A DNA stretch of 36,457 nt. Origin: an uncultured Ferruginibacter sp. (lineage in GTDB: Bacteria > Bacteroidota > Bacteroidia > Chitinophagales > Chitinophagaceae). Below are positions 1-11,000 of this stretch, piece by piece. The translations under genes and the position numbers were made by a program. The notes beneath the pieces are model-generated. The model worked only from the letters and a program-made list of their open reading frames with translations, had not been told where the DNA came from and made no database searches. How positions within the stretch are numbered: position 1 is the stretch's first letter; each line of letters opens with the position of its first letter. Where the stretch lies: NCBI GenBank assembly GCA_964491955.1, contig CAZBIK010000002.1, positions 1 to 36,457 on the forward strand, given 5' to 3'.

Positions 1-2
1 GG

Positions 3-2618
3 TTTATTGGAGAAGATGAGAACAGGATTTATTTCTTCAGTGAAAACAGCAATATTACCGGCATCAGCAACCATAACTTTAAAGTTGTCAGCCATGCAAA
101 AACAAGCCTGCCAAACTATGCACAAGGGTCCGACTATGCTCCCAAACTAAGTAATAATATTGTTGATCATAAAACAGCAATTCAGATAAAATCATGCCTT
201 TATTTATGGGACCTTAAAAATGCACGGCTCGTTGCGCAGTCAGATTCCATTCCATACATATCTGCATTTTTTCTTATGATGAAAACAGGCACCGAGGTAT
301 TGTATTACACGTATGCAATAAATAATGCCCTGCAGCTTTACAATTTCAAAGATAAAACAAGCAGCATACTGTATATAAAGGGTAAAGACCTTGGTCATAT
401 ATCCCGTTGCATCATTTATCCCTGGCAAAATAAGTCCCTTATCGGATTCAGCAACAGGATATATGAACTGGATACCGCATTGCTCGAATTAAAAGCCGAG
501 CTGGTAAATTTTCAGAATAAACCTGTTACAGGTAACTTGGGGATTTCGGATATTAAGGAAGATAATTTCGGCAACCTGTTTATACAAACCATAAATGGAG
601 GCATAAAAAAAATCATCCATAATATTTATCCTCTGAAATATTATGGTACTGAAAAAAAGGACAGCAATTATATACTCAGTGTTTTGCCCGATAAAAAAAT
701 CAACCGGGTATTGGCTGGCACCTCCGGAAACGGGCTGTTGATTTTTGATACCCTGCAACAGTTGGTTAAACATATTAAAACACTGCCCGGAAAAACGGTT
801 TCATTTTCAGTGAACTCCATAATAAAAGACCCAAAAGGCAATTACCTGTTTTTTCCTACAAGCAGCAAAAATGTGTGGCGGCTTTCCCGGGACTTAACCC
901 GGTTAACCAGTATAGAAATTACTTCCTCAATACCCGGGCTGGATATTCGTACAGATTATTTCGGCAATATTTTACACCAGGACGAAAAGCAGGCCATTGT
1001 GCAGTCGCAGGGAAAAATTTACCGGGCAACCTTTGCTGACAACCGGGTTACCGGGCATACTTTTACCAATTCTTACACCATGGGTGGCTTATGGTATAAT
1101 ACATCCGTCATATCACATGCCAATGACGAGCTCATTTTTTTAGAACCCTCCACTTTTTCCATACTGAAAAAAAATTCTTTTAAAAACACGGGATATGTGC
1201 GTTGCCTGGCCCGTGATGCAGCAGGTAATATTTACCTGGGAAGTAATAAGGGCATCTTTAAAATTGACAGCACCGGGAAAATATTAATGCATATAACAAC
1301 GGCAGGCGGCCTGCCTGACGAATGTATTTATGCCATGGTGTTTGATGATGAGGGCTTTCTTTGGTGCAGTACCAATAAGGGCATATTTAAATTGAATAAG
1401 GACAACAGCATTTTTCAATTGACCAAAGATGACGGTTTGCAGGAAAATGAATTCAACACCAACGTAGTGGCAAAATCTGATGATGGCGAAGTGTTTTTCG
1501 GAGGTATAAACGGCGTAAGCAGTTTTTACCCTGCAGCCATCAGCAGTTTTGAAGAAAAGATCAACCTGCTGGTAACCGCCATTAAAATAAATAACGAAGA
1601 AGCATTTAAAGATACCGCGGTATGGAATATAGAAAAGATCGTTTTGCCCTATCATCAAAATTCCCTGGCATTTGATTTTATTGCCATGGCTAACAACAAC
1701 CCCGGCCAGTACATTTACCAGTATCAGATGAAAGGCATTGATAAAAGCTGGATACAGAACAGCGGTATGCAAACCGTACGGTACTATTTGCCCCCGGGAG
1801 ACTATGTTTTTAGAATATATGCCTCCCGTTTTTTTGATAAGGACGCAAAGCCAATGAAAGAGATACGCATCACCATCCACCCGCCATTCTGGAAAACCTG
1901 GTGGTTTATAACAGCCATTATTGTTTTGGCCCTGGCTGCCCTGGCTAATGCATTTAACCGGTACAATAGAAACAAGTACCAGGCAAAACTGGCCGTACTT
2001 GAAAATGAACACCGCATACAGCTTGAACGGGAACGCATCAGCCGCGACCTGCACGACAGTATCGGCGCTTATGCCAATGCGGTTTTGTACAATACAGAAT
2101 TGCTCCAGAAAGAATCAGGCATTGACGAAAAGAATGCGTTGATGAATGACCTGAAATTTGCTTCCAAAGACATCATTACTTCATTACGTGAAACTGTGTG
2201 GGCTTTAAAAAAAGACAACTACAGCGCTGATGATTGCTGGTTGCGGATAAAAAATTTTATACAGGCGCTGGCCCGTTATTATCCCGGGATCCATTTTAAA
2301 GTTGAAGGAGATGCTCCTGTAGAAAAGCAATTGCACCATACCAAAGCGCTGAACCTGGTAAGGATCGTTCAGGAGGCAGTTACCAATGCTATAAAACACG
2401 CAGCAACAGCAAACGTCACATTGTCCAGTAATCAAAACGCAGATAAATGGCAGCTAACTGTTGAAGACGAAGGCAGGGGATTTGATCATGAGGCAGTGAA
2501 ACTTTCAGAAAGCGGGAATGGCCTGCTGAATATGCAGCAACGGGCCATTGATTCAGGGTTTGAACTCAAAGTAAACAGCATCCCCGGAAAAGGAACCAGG
2601 ATCAGTATCCTGGCCTGA
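3..2618 (+). CDS. Sensor histidine kinase with periplasmic beta-propeller and Y_Y_Y domain, one TM helix, HisKA_3 and HATPase_c; 5'-partial
   Basis: The frame of ORF 276..2618 is open back to position 3 (FIGEDENRIYFFSEN...), so the true start lies before the window. Propeller repeats (GNIYLGSNKGI, GFLWCSTNKGI), Y_Y_Y-like YQYQMKGIDKSW...LPPGDYVF, PPFWKTWWF followed by a TM helix, H-box ERERISRDLHDSIG, N-box QEAVTNAIKHA, G boxes EDEGRGF and GNGLLNM. Confidence 0.92.
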   Translation, partial: FIGEDENRIYFFSENSNITGISNHNFKVVSHAKTSLPNYAQGSDYAPKLSNNIVDHKTAIQIKSCLYLWDLKNARLVAQSDSIPYISAFFLMMKTGTEVLYYTYAINNALQLYNFKDKTSSILYIKGKDLGHISRCIIYPWQNKSLIGFSNRIYELDTALLELKAELVNFQNKPVTGNLGISDIKEDNFGNLFIQTINGGIKKIIHNIYPLKYYGTEKKDSNYILSVLPDKKINRVLAGTSGNGLLIFDTLQQLVKHIKTLPGKTVSFSVNSIIKDPKGNYLFFPTSSKNVWRLSRDLTRLTSIEITSSIPGLDIRTDYFGNILHQDEKQAIVQSQGKIYRATFADNRVTGHTFTNSYTMGGLWYNTSVISHANDELIFLEPSTFSILKKNSFKNTGYVRCLARDAAGNIYLGSNKGIFKIDSTGKILMHITTAGGLPDECIYAMVFDDEGFLWCSTNKGIFKLNKDNSIFQLTKDDGLQENEFNTNVVAKSDDGEVFFGGINGVSSFYPAAISSFEEKINLLVTAIKINNEEAFKDTAVWNIEKIVLPYHQNSLAFDFIAMANNNPGQYIYQYQMKGIDKSWIQNSGMQTVRYYLPPGDYVFRIYASRFFDKDAKPMKEIRITIHPPFWKTWWFITAIIVLALAALANAFNRYNRNKYQAKLAVLENEHRIQLERERISRDLHDSIGAYANAVLYNTELLQKESGIDEKNALMNDLKFASKDIITSLRETVWALKKDNYSADDCWLRIKNFIQALARYYPGIHFKVEGDAPVEKQLHHTKALNLVRIVQEAVTNAIKHAATANVTLSSNQNADKWQLTVEDEGRGFDHEAVKLSESGNGLLNMQQRAIDSGFELKVNSIPGKGTRISILA

Positions 2619-2684
2619 AGCAGGTACCCGTATGGATTATTATTTAAGAATTTTTTATTTTGAATATTTGTTCAATAAAGGATC

Positions 2685-3362
2685 ATGGCCATAAAAGTTG
2701 CAATCATTGATGATAAAGCCAGTAACCGGAATATTTTAAAGGATAAGTTACTGCGACAGGGGCATTTTATTATTACCCTTGTTGCAGAAGACGGGGAAGA
2801 CTTTTTGCAAAAGATGAAAGCCCTGCCTGCAGAAAATATACCGGATGTGGCTTTAATGGACCTGGAAATGCCGAACATGGACGGTGTGGATGCCATTGCT
2901 GCCGGATCAGCCATGTTTCCCTCGGTAAAATTTGTGGTGCTCAGCATTTTTGATGATGAAGATAAAATATTCAAAGCCATAAAGGCCGGAGCATTTGGTT
3001 ATTTACTGAAAGATGAAAGTGCTGAAAACATTACCGACGTACTTTGGCAGATGCACGAAAGCGGCGCCGGCCCCATATCACCGGGCATAGCACACAAGAT
3101 CCTGCAACTGGTCCAAAACAATGTGGTTACCCTGCAGCAGAAATCAGAAGAAACCGGCTCAAAAACTTTTTTTGACCTGACCTCCCGTGAAAGGGAAATT
3201 CTGCAGCTTTTGGTTGAAGGGTTATCGTATAAAGAGATCGGCAGCCATTTAGACATCAGTGCCAATACAGCCAAAAAACACGTGATCAATATTTACAACA
3301 AACTGCATGTTAACAGCCGGGCCCAGGCACTGCACCTGGCTTACCAAAAAGGATTATTGTAG
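2685..3362 (+). CDS. NarL/LuxR-family response regulator
   Basis: Receiver motifs IIDD, DVALMDLEMPNMDG and GAFGYLLK; LuxR HTH LTSREREILQLLVEGLSYKEIG...NIYNKLHV; directly downstream of the HisKA_3 kinase. Confidence 0.95.
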   Translation: MAIKVAIIDDKASNRNILKDKLLRQGHFIITLVAEDGEDFLQKMKALPAENIPDVALMDLEMPNMDGVDAIAAGSAMFPSVKFVVLSIFDDEDKIFKAIKAGAFGYLLKDESAENITDVLWQMHESGAGPISPGIAHKILQLVQNNVVTLQQKSEETGSKTFFDLTSREREILQLLVEGLSYKEIGSHLDISANTAKKHVINIYNKLHVNSRAQALHLAYQKGLL

Positions 3363-3463
3363 GCTAAGAGCTCAAAGGAGATACAAGAGAAAGAAAGATG
3401 AGTGCTCAACTCCTTTTCCCCGTTTTCTCTTATGAACACTTAACTAAAATTTCTTTTGGTTAT

Positions 3464-6400
3464 TTATTGCTTCACAAACTGCAGCACCTGCTTTTCATCC
3501 CCGCCCTGCAGATGCAGCCAGTATTTACCCGGAGCTAAGTTTTGTACAGGTATGCTGATGGTTTGACCGGTTGCGCCAAACTGAATTTGTTTTACCAATT
3601 GCCCGGAACTGTTGATCACCTGCACATTCATTTTATCAAATGATTTGTTGAGCTGCAACTGCAATACATCGGTTGTGGGATTCGGGAAGACCATGATCTC
3701 TGTTGATCCGTTATGCTGAAGCTGCTGTATATTGCTGTAATCAATTTGTCCTGCAATGCCTTTTATTTTTAAACGGTAGAATTGTTTTTTATTGGCAGCA
3801 TTGTTATCAATAAAAGAATAGGATTGTATACCGGGAATATTTTTTGCAGGGACTGTGCCGATGGGATAAAAATTAAAACCATCATTACTCTTTTCAATAT
3901 CAAAACAACAGATACCGCTTTCCTTATCAGTGGTAAAATCAAGCCTTGCCGTTTTGCCTTTTTGCAGCCAGGAGGCACTAAAAGAAATAAGATCAACCGG
4001 CAATACGCCCAGGTTATTGGCATCTATGATGGAAGATACATTGCGCCATGGGCTGTATACCTGCCCGGTAATTGCAGTAGCCGGATCATACTTTATTCTT
4101 GCACGGAGCTTGGTATATCTGCCACCTCCGATTTTATTGACCAGGGTTTTCAGCTCCATACCATTTATACCCATATCTGTATATGAAGCCTGTTGGGCAG
4201 TAAAAAAAGTGCTGTTGGTTATTGGCGTTCCACTGTAAGCATTATAGTTCAACCTTGTTTCCCAAATCATTTTTCCTTTGCCTCTACCTAAAAAAGATTT
4301 GGTATAAAGCCCTGCACCAAAATTACCGAAGATAAAATTGCTGCTATTGATGGGAGTGGTTAAATCGGAATTATAGAGGCGGAGGTTATTTTGTTTGTTG
4401 GCAACAGAATCATTGCCATGATATACAAAAGCCCGCCCTTCATTGGTATTTGTGCCAGTATATAAAAATGCCCCAACAATAATGTCGCAGTATCCATCCC
4501 CGTTTACATCACCTGCATTGGCAACGCTATATCCAAAAGTCGCATTAGGCTGGTTGGCATCATCGGGTGTGCTGTTGGGTATGGCATTTAAACCCGTGGC
4601 ACTGCCATGATATACAAAAGCCCTGCCTTCATCTGCATTTGGAGCATCATCAAAGAATCTTGCACCAATAATTATATCGCTATATCCATCGCTGTTTACA
4701 TCACCGGCTGCAGTTACACTAATTCCAAAAGAGGCAAATGACTGGTCGGCATCATCGGGAGTATTATCGGGGGTGGCGCTTAAACCTGTAGCACTGCCAT
4801 GGTAAACAAAAGCCCTGCCTTCATCAGTATATGGAGCATCATCAAACAGGCGTGCTCCAATAATTACATCGCTGTATCCATCTCCATTTACATCGCCTGC
4901 ACCACCAACACTTTCTCCAAATTGTGCTCCAGCCTGGTCAGCATCATCAAGGGTAGCATCAGGGATAGTACTTAATCCGGTTACACTACCGTGATAAACA
5001 AAGGAGCGGCCCTCATCAGTGTAAGGGGCATCATCATAGAATAGAGCCCCAATGATCACGTCGCTAAACCCATCTCCATTAACATCGCCGGCACCGGAAA
5101 CACTCCAACCAAAATAGGCTCCGGCCTGGTCAGCATCATCGGGCGTGTTGTCAGGTGTGGCACTTAAACCTGTTGCATTGCCATGGTAAACAAAAGCCCT
5201 TCCCTCGTTGGCAAATGGGCCATCCAGGTACCCGATTGCCCCAACAATTACATCGCTGTATCCGTCACCATTTACATCGCCTGCACAGGCAATGCTAACA
5301 CCAAAATATATATTTGCCTGGTCGCCATCATCAAGTATACTATTTGGTGATGCAGATAAGCCGGTTGCCGAGCCATGATAAACAAAAGCCCTTCCTTCAT
5401 TATTATTTCCTGCATCATCGTAATTATCCGCACCAATAATTACATCACTATATCCATCTCCGTTCACATCGCCTGCACCTGCCACCGTTTCTGCAAAAAA
5501 AGCAAATGCCTGGTCGGCATCATCGGGGGTGCTGTTGGGCGTGGCGCTTAAACCCGTGGCACTGCCATGATATACAAAAGCTTTTCCTTCATCTGTATTG
5601 ACACCATCATCATAACGCCATGCCCCGATAATTACATCACTGTACCCATCGCCATTTACATCCCCGGCACCGGCAACGCTGACCCCAAAATTTCCAAATG
5701 GCTGGCTTATATCAGCCGATATGCTATTGGGGGCAGTTGATATACCGGCTGCCGAACCATGGTAAACAAAAGCGCCACCCTCACCATTTTCAACATTATC
5801 ATATCCCGGCGCACCCGCGATCACATCACTATAACCATCCCCATTTACATCACCTGCACTGGCAACACTACGCCCCAAACCTGCACCGGCCTGGTTACTT
5901 TCCAGTATGGCCGCTGCAATGTTGTTAATGCCCGAACCCGAACCAAAATATATATAAGCCGCACCCTCGTCTGTTTCTGTATTATCATAAGTTTGGGCAC
6001 CCACGATCACATCGCTATAACCATCCCCATTAATATCCCCGGCACAGGCAACAGACACGCCAAACTGAATATTAACCAGGTTGGGTTCTAAAGTATCCGC
6101 AGCTATATTGTTAATGCCGGCTACAGAACCTTGATATATAAACGCAGTCCCTTCATTTATCTGGCCATTGTCAAACGTATAAGCGCCAACGATCACATCA
6201 CTGTACCCATCTCCGTTCACATCACCGGCACCTGAAACAGAAAAACCAAACTGGGAAAAACCCTGGTTGCTTTCTGCCATGGTTATTGCAACATTATTTA
6301 TGCCCCCTGCCGATCCATGATATATGAACACAACGCCTTCTTCTGACTGGCCGTTATTGTAATTCTCTGCTCCCACGATCACATCACTGTACCCGTCGCC

Positions 6401-7870
6401 ATTCACATCACCGGCCCCGGCAACGGCAATTCCGAAATTGGATGCAGACTGGTTGGCCTCTAATGTGGTTGCAATGGTACCAGTTATTCCCGTGGATGAG
6501 CCATGATATACATATGCCACCCCTTCATTTATTTCAGGATTATCAAACAACCACACCCCAGCGATCACATCGCTAAAACCATCATCATTTACATCGCCGG
6601 CACATGCAACCGAAAAACCCATTTGCGCCTGCGCCTGGTTACTTTCCATCATGATGGCTGCCGTTGTGTTTATACCCGTTGAAGAACCGTGGTATATATA
6701 AACAGCGCCTTCCCAGGTTTCGGAATTACTGTAATTGTTGGCGCCAACCACAATATCGCTGTAGCCATCGCCATTTACATCACCGGCTGTTGAAACAGAA
6801 ATTCCCAAACGTGCACCAACCACATTGCTTTCCACAATGGCAGCTGGGGTTGTGCTTACACCGGTTGCCGATCCATGAAAAATAAAAGCAGCACCTTCAT
6901 CTGCTTGCGGGTTATCATAAGCGTGAGCACCTGCAATCACATCGCTGTACCCGTCGCCGTTCACATCACCGGCACTGGCAACGGAAAAGCCCAATTGCGC
7001 ACCGGCCTGGTTGCTTTCCAGTATGGCTGATGGCGTTGTGCTGATGGGGTCGATGGTGATGGGATAAACCGCATTTTTTGTATCTACAATGATTGAATAT
7101 CCTATTTTTCTGTTTTTTACAAAAGCAGCTTCAAGCTTTTTTCCTGAAGCATCCCAAACTTTCAGGTCTTCATAATTCAACACATTTGTTTTTTTATGAA
7201 AGAACTGTAGCCGGGTTTGGGATAATTTATGGGTAAGCTTTGTTTTGATGCTGAAATTTATTTTCAGATTATTATTATTTGACAGGGGAGACCTTACAAT
7301 AAAATTCTGCCGCATGCCATCTTCATTGTTGATGTATTGAACCGTAATGTTTTTGGTAATGTATTCAGCCTTATTGTTTTCAATTTGCCATCTACCCTTT
7401 CCCACCTGTTTTTTATCCAGGTTAAATTTTGCTTTCCAATTGGGGATGTTTTTGTATTTTATTTCCTCAGGCCTTTTCAATGGATCAAATTCGCCAATAG
7501 GTATTTTGGTTGTTCTTGGCTCAACTGCAAATCCTTTTTCATCATAAAAAAAGCGGAGGTTGTTTTTCCGGTTGGGTGTGCAGTAAGCTTTGAGTTTTTC
7601 TTCCCACTTAAAATGGTATTCGCTTTTGCGGATATTTTCCTGTGCGGAGGATATCCAGTTTTGCGACCAGGCTTGTGTTGGTTTTTTTTCAGGTTCGAAG
7701 GCCCGTCCGAACGGGTCATCCGGGCGGAGATTTGCAGTGATGCTGTTATGATAGGGAAAAATAACCGGGGAAGCAATGTAACCAGATCCATAACCAGGCC
7801 CGGCCGGGGATATTTTTTGTATCAACGGCATTATTGAAACCGCAGCTATCAAGACAAAGAATTTGTTCAT
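3464..7870 (-). CDS. Large secreted FG-GAP (integrin-alpha-like) repeat protein with T9SS type-A-like C-terminal sorting domain
   Basis: N-terminal signal-like segment; 14 copies of G-SV-AGD[VI]N[GDS]DG[YF]xD[VI]xxG; LPVDLISFSA domain; C-terminus VFPNPTTD...NLAPGKYWL...QFVKQ typical of T9SS cargo. Confidence 0.9.
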   Translation of the reverse strand: MNKFFVLIAAVSIMPLIQKISPAGPGYGSGYIASPVIFPYHNSITANLRPDDPFGRAFEPEKKPTQAWSQNWISSAQENIRKSEYHFKWEEKLKAYCTPNRKNNLRFFYDEKGFAVEPRTTKIPIGEFDPLKRPEEIKYKNIPNWKAKFNLDKKQVGKGRWQIENNKAEYITKNITVQYINNEDGMRQNFIVRSPLSNNNNLKINFSIKTKLTHKLSQTRLQFFHKKTNVLNYEDLKVWDASGKKLEAAFVKNRKIGYSIIVDTKNAVYPITIDPISTTPSAILESNQAGAQLGFSVASAGDVNGDGYSDVIAGAHAYDNPQADEGAAFIFHGSATGVSTTPAAIVESNVVGARLGISVSTAGDVNGDGYSDIVVGANNYSNSETWEGAVYIYHGSSTGINTTAAIMMESNQAQAQMGFSVACAGDVNDDGFSDVIAGVWLFDNPEINEGVAYVYHGSSTGITGTIATTLEANQSASNFGIAVAGAGDVNGDGYSDVIVGAENYNNGQSEEGVVFIYHGSAGGINNVAITMAESNQGFSQFGFSVSGAGDVNGDGYSDVIVGAYTFDNGQINEGTAFIYQGSVAGINNIAADTLEPNLVNIQFGVSVACAGDINGDGYSDVIVGAQTYDNTETDEGAAYIYFGSGSGINNIAAAILESNQAGAGLGRSVASAGDVNGDGYSDVIAGAPGYDNVENGEGGAFVYHGSAAGISTAPNSISADISQPFGNFGVSVAGAGDVNGDGYSDVIIGAWRYDDGVNTDEGKAFVYHGSATGLSATPNSTPDDADQAFAFFAETVAGAGDVNGDGYSDVIIGADNYDDAGNNNEGRAFVYHGSATGLSASPNSILDDGDQANIYFGVSIACAGDVNGDGYSDVIVGAIGYLDGPFANEGRAFVYHGNATGLSATPDNTPDDADQAGAYFGWSVSGAGDVNGDGFSDVIIGALFYDDAPYTDEGRSFVYHGSVTGLSTIPDATLDDADQAGAQFGESVGGAGDVNGDGYSDVIIGARLFDDAPYTDEGRAFVYHGSATGLSATPDNTPDDADQSFASFGISVTAAGDVNSDGYSDIIIGARFFDDAPNADEGRAFVYHGSATGLNAIPNSTPDDANQPNATFGYSVANAGDVNGDGYCDIIVGAFLYTGTNTNEGRAFVYHGNDSVANKQNNLRLYNSDLTTPINSSNFIFGNFGAGLYTKSFLGRGKGKMIWETRLNYNAYSGTPITNSTFFTAQQASYTDMGINGMELKTLVNKIGGGRYTKLRARIKYDPATAITGQVYSPWRNVSSIIDANNLGVLPVDLISFSASWLQKGKTARLDFTTDKESGICCFDIEKSNDGFNFYPIGTVPAKNIPGIQSYSFIDNNAANKKQFYRLKIKGIAGQIDYSNIQQLQHNGSTEIMVFPNPTTDVLQLQLNKSFDKMNVQVINSSGQLVKQIQFGATGQTISIPVQNLAPGKYWLHLQGGDEKQVLQFVKQ
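4415..7040 (-). repeat. 14 intragenic FG-GAP tandem repeats of about 63-65 codons each
   Basis: Recurring catcgctgtatccatc/ccatttacatc-like motifs on the + strand at about 190 bp spacing; 14 GDxNxDG Ca2+-loop motifs counted in the translation. Boundaries are approximate. Confidence 0.88.
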
Positions 7871-7935
7871 CCCTGTGTATTTAAAAAAACAACAGTAACC
7901 GGTTTGAATGGGCTGGGATTATCAATGTTAAATAT

Positions 7936-7969
7936 AAAAAAAACAGCTGAATTTCAGCTGTTTCTTTTT
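7936..7969. terminator. Intrinsic terminator, probably ending the VPS10/BNR gene on the - strand
   Basis: Inverted repeat AAACAGCTGAA-T-TTCAGCTGTTT (7941-7963) with an A-run on the left and a T-rich run on the right. Confidence 0.7.
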
Positions 7970-8096
7970 ATAAATGCGGGTATGATTTATTATATAGCTA
8001 TATTCCACAAACAGATCCTGTATTACCCTGGTTCTCCCAATAGTCCAGCACGTCTTTGCATCTCCATTCAATAAAATACGATCATGCCCGGTTGTG

Positions 8097-11000
8097 TTAT
8101 AACGGGCTGTATTCTTTGAATAATTTTATTGGGGTTGCTTCAACGAGGCTTCTGTAATTTTTCCAGGAACCACTGTAAAAATTATTTATTTTATCGGTAA
8201 GACCCTGTACAGCCTTTTCTGCAATTGATATCAATGCTTCTACCTGCGGCCCGGGCGCAACCATTTTGCTGCTGATGGATTGCTGCGCTGTTTGTATATA
8301 CGAACGCACCGTTAATTCATTGGTTCTTGTAATACCCTGTTCTGTAGCTGTTTTGCCGCTGAACAATTCACGGATGCTTTTTATTTCATCCTGCAGTTTT
8401 ACCGAAGTTTTTCTTAATGAATCAACATCCTTTCCGCTGATTCCCTTTAACTGGGCGATCATTTTAGTCAACACTTCATCACTTTCCGTAAGCTGGTCCA
8501 GTCCTGTTGTTAACTTGTCCGTTGACCTTCTTAACCGGTCATACATTTTTCGCTGTGCCAGTTTTATGTCATTGCGGTTGCCCAAACGCGGATCATCCTT
8601 AATGGAAATGAATGTGGAATCAACTCCACCCGCATAGGCCATTCTCAATTTATACATACCAGGCAGCACGGTTAATCCTCCGGGCTCGGCAGCGCCTGGC
8701 TGTGGTTTTGGTGACCCCGGCTGACGGAATCCTTTTTCTTCCATTCCCCAGTACATTTTGTTGAAACCGGAATCAACCGGCCAGCGTAAAGTCCTTATCA
8801 ATTCATTATTTGAATTATAAATATTCACCATTGCGCTGTCGGTCCTTCTGCCACCGCCACCACCTCCGCCACGGCCACCACGCCCACCGCCCCGGGGCGC
8901 CACTTCAGGAGCAGTTTGTTCATCAGGGCTTTTTGCCGTTGGTTGTTTTGCAGCGCTGTCGGGTTTTGGTTTATTGATGAAAAAAGAGACCACTGCACCA
9001 CGCCTCCTGTTTTCCCCATCATATAAGCCATAGGTGCTCCATTCATAACCGGTAGCAGCCCTGTATTGAGCCTGGTAAACTTCGGGGCTTGCAAAAACGG
9101 TTACCGGTTTTGTAAATATCATGCCTTTATTTGCTGCAGCTTTTCTTAAGGGCCTGATATTATCCAGAACCCAAATGGCACGGCCAAATGTGGCGATCAC
9201 GAGGTCGGCTTCACGTTCCTGGATGGCCAGGTCATAAGTAGAAACGGAAGGGTAGCCGTTTTTAAACTGTTCAAATGACTGGCCGTTATCCAGGCTTATC
9301 CAAAGCCCGTTCTCTGTTCCAACAAAAATTAAATTGGGTTCTGCCGGGTCCTGCTGCACACATAAAGCATATCCTTTTACTTTATTTTCATCGATCATCC
9401 TGGTCCAGGTTTTTCCATAATCGGAAGTGCGGAAAATATATGGTTTCATATCACCGCGGCGGTAATCATTGGCCACTACAAAAGCTTCTCCGGCATTGTA
9501 TACAGATGCTTTAATTTGTGGTATCCAGCAACCGGCCGGCATTCCCGGTATCTTTCCACGAAAATTTGTCCATGTTTTTCCGCCATCCCTGGTCAGTTGT
9601 ACATTACCATCATCGGTGCCGGTCCAGATGGTCCCCTTTTCTTTTTTCGACGGTTCAATAGTGAGTATGCTGCAATGCGTTTCCGCGCCGGTGATATCAA
9701 GTGTCAGGCCGCCGGTATTCTGATATGCTTTGATCTTTACCGTATCATTTGTGGTCAGATCTGGAGAAACAATATCCCAGTTCACCCCCTTATCATTACT
9801 CCTGTGTATGTATTGGCTGCCGAAATAAATTGTTTTAGTATCAAAGGGGTCCTGTGCAATGGCCGAATTCCAGTTGAAACGCAGCTTAACACCTGTGTCC
9901 AGTGCAGGAGGCCTGATGAACCAGCTTTCACCGGTCTTCCAGTTCCTTCTGCCAACACTGCCGCCCTGGCTCATACTATATACCCAGTTTGCATCTTCGG
10001 GATCGGGCATTACATCAAAACCATCACCACCACCAACATTGTTCCAGTAATAATTGCGGATACCCCCGTTTGTCTAGGTATATGCCGGGCCAAGCCAGCT
10101 TCCGTTATCCTGCATTCCTCCCATGATATTGTAGGGTAATTCATTGTCGACATTCACATGATAAAATTGTCCTACCGGTATTTTTTCATCAAATACCCAG
10201 CTCTTCCCGCGGTCTCTTGATATACCAATACCTCCATCATTGCCTTCAATGATCAGGTTTGGGTTTTCGGGATTGATCCACCAGGCATGGTGATCAGGGT
10301 GTATGCCTGAATAGGGGATCATGGTTGAAAAGGATTTGCCCCCATCTTCACTGAAAGTTATGGTTGAATGAACATCATAGATCCGGTTCTCATTTTTCGG
10401 ATCAACATATATCTCCTGGTAATAAAAAGGCCGGTCAGTAACCTGGGCCGCATCGCTGTTTACCAATGTCCATTTAAATCCGCCGTCATCACTTTTGTAC
10501 AAACCATTTTTGGCTGCTTCCACTTTTGCATATACCCTGTTGGGCATACTGCGGCTGATGGCAACGCCGATCCTTCCCAATTCGCCATCCGGCAACCCAT
10601 CCTCTTTACTTAATTTTTTCCAGTTCCTGCCACCATCCATGGTAATGAACAGCCCGCTTCCTTTACCGCCGCTTTTCAGGTTCCAGGGTGTTCTTTTATA
10701 CTGCCACATGGCTGCGATCAGTTTATTGGGATTCGATGGGTCCATCACCAGGTCGGCACAACCGGTTGTATCATTGGCGTATAAAATTTTATTCCAGGTA
10801 TCACCGCCATCTGTTGTTTTAAAAACGCCCCGCTCCGGGTGTTCGGCAAAAGGGTTGCCGATGGCCCCCACATAAACGGTATTGGGGTTTTCCGGGTCAA
10901 TGACTACCCTGTGAATGCAGATGGTTTTATCCAGCCCCATCATTTTCCATGTTTTTCCGCCATCCAGGCTTTTGTAAATACCGGCGCCCAGGTTGAGTGA

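Noticed and set aside
3363..3463. Terminator between the response regulator and the FG-GAP gene
   Set aside because: Only a loose purine-rich/pyrimidine-rich pairing (AAGAGAAA...TTTCTCTT) with a large interrupted interior; not convincing enough to call.
4415..7040. Regularly spaced DNA repeats considered as a CRISPR array
   Set aside because: The period is about 190 bp, the copies are degenerate at third codon positions and lie in frame within a CDS; they are FG-GAP protein repeats, and no cas genes are present.
10074..10076. Stop-codon reassignment or pyrrolysine at the in-frame TAG
   Set aside because: Only one case in 36 kb, TAG terminates normal genes in this window, and no pyl genes or suppressor tRNA are visible.
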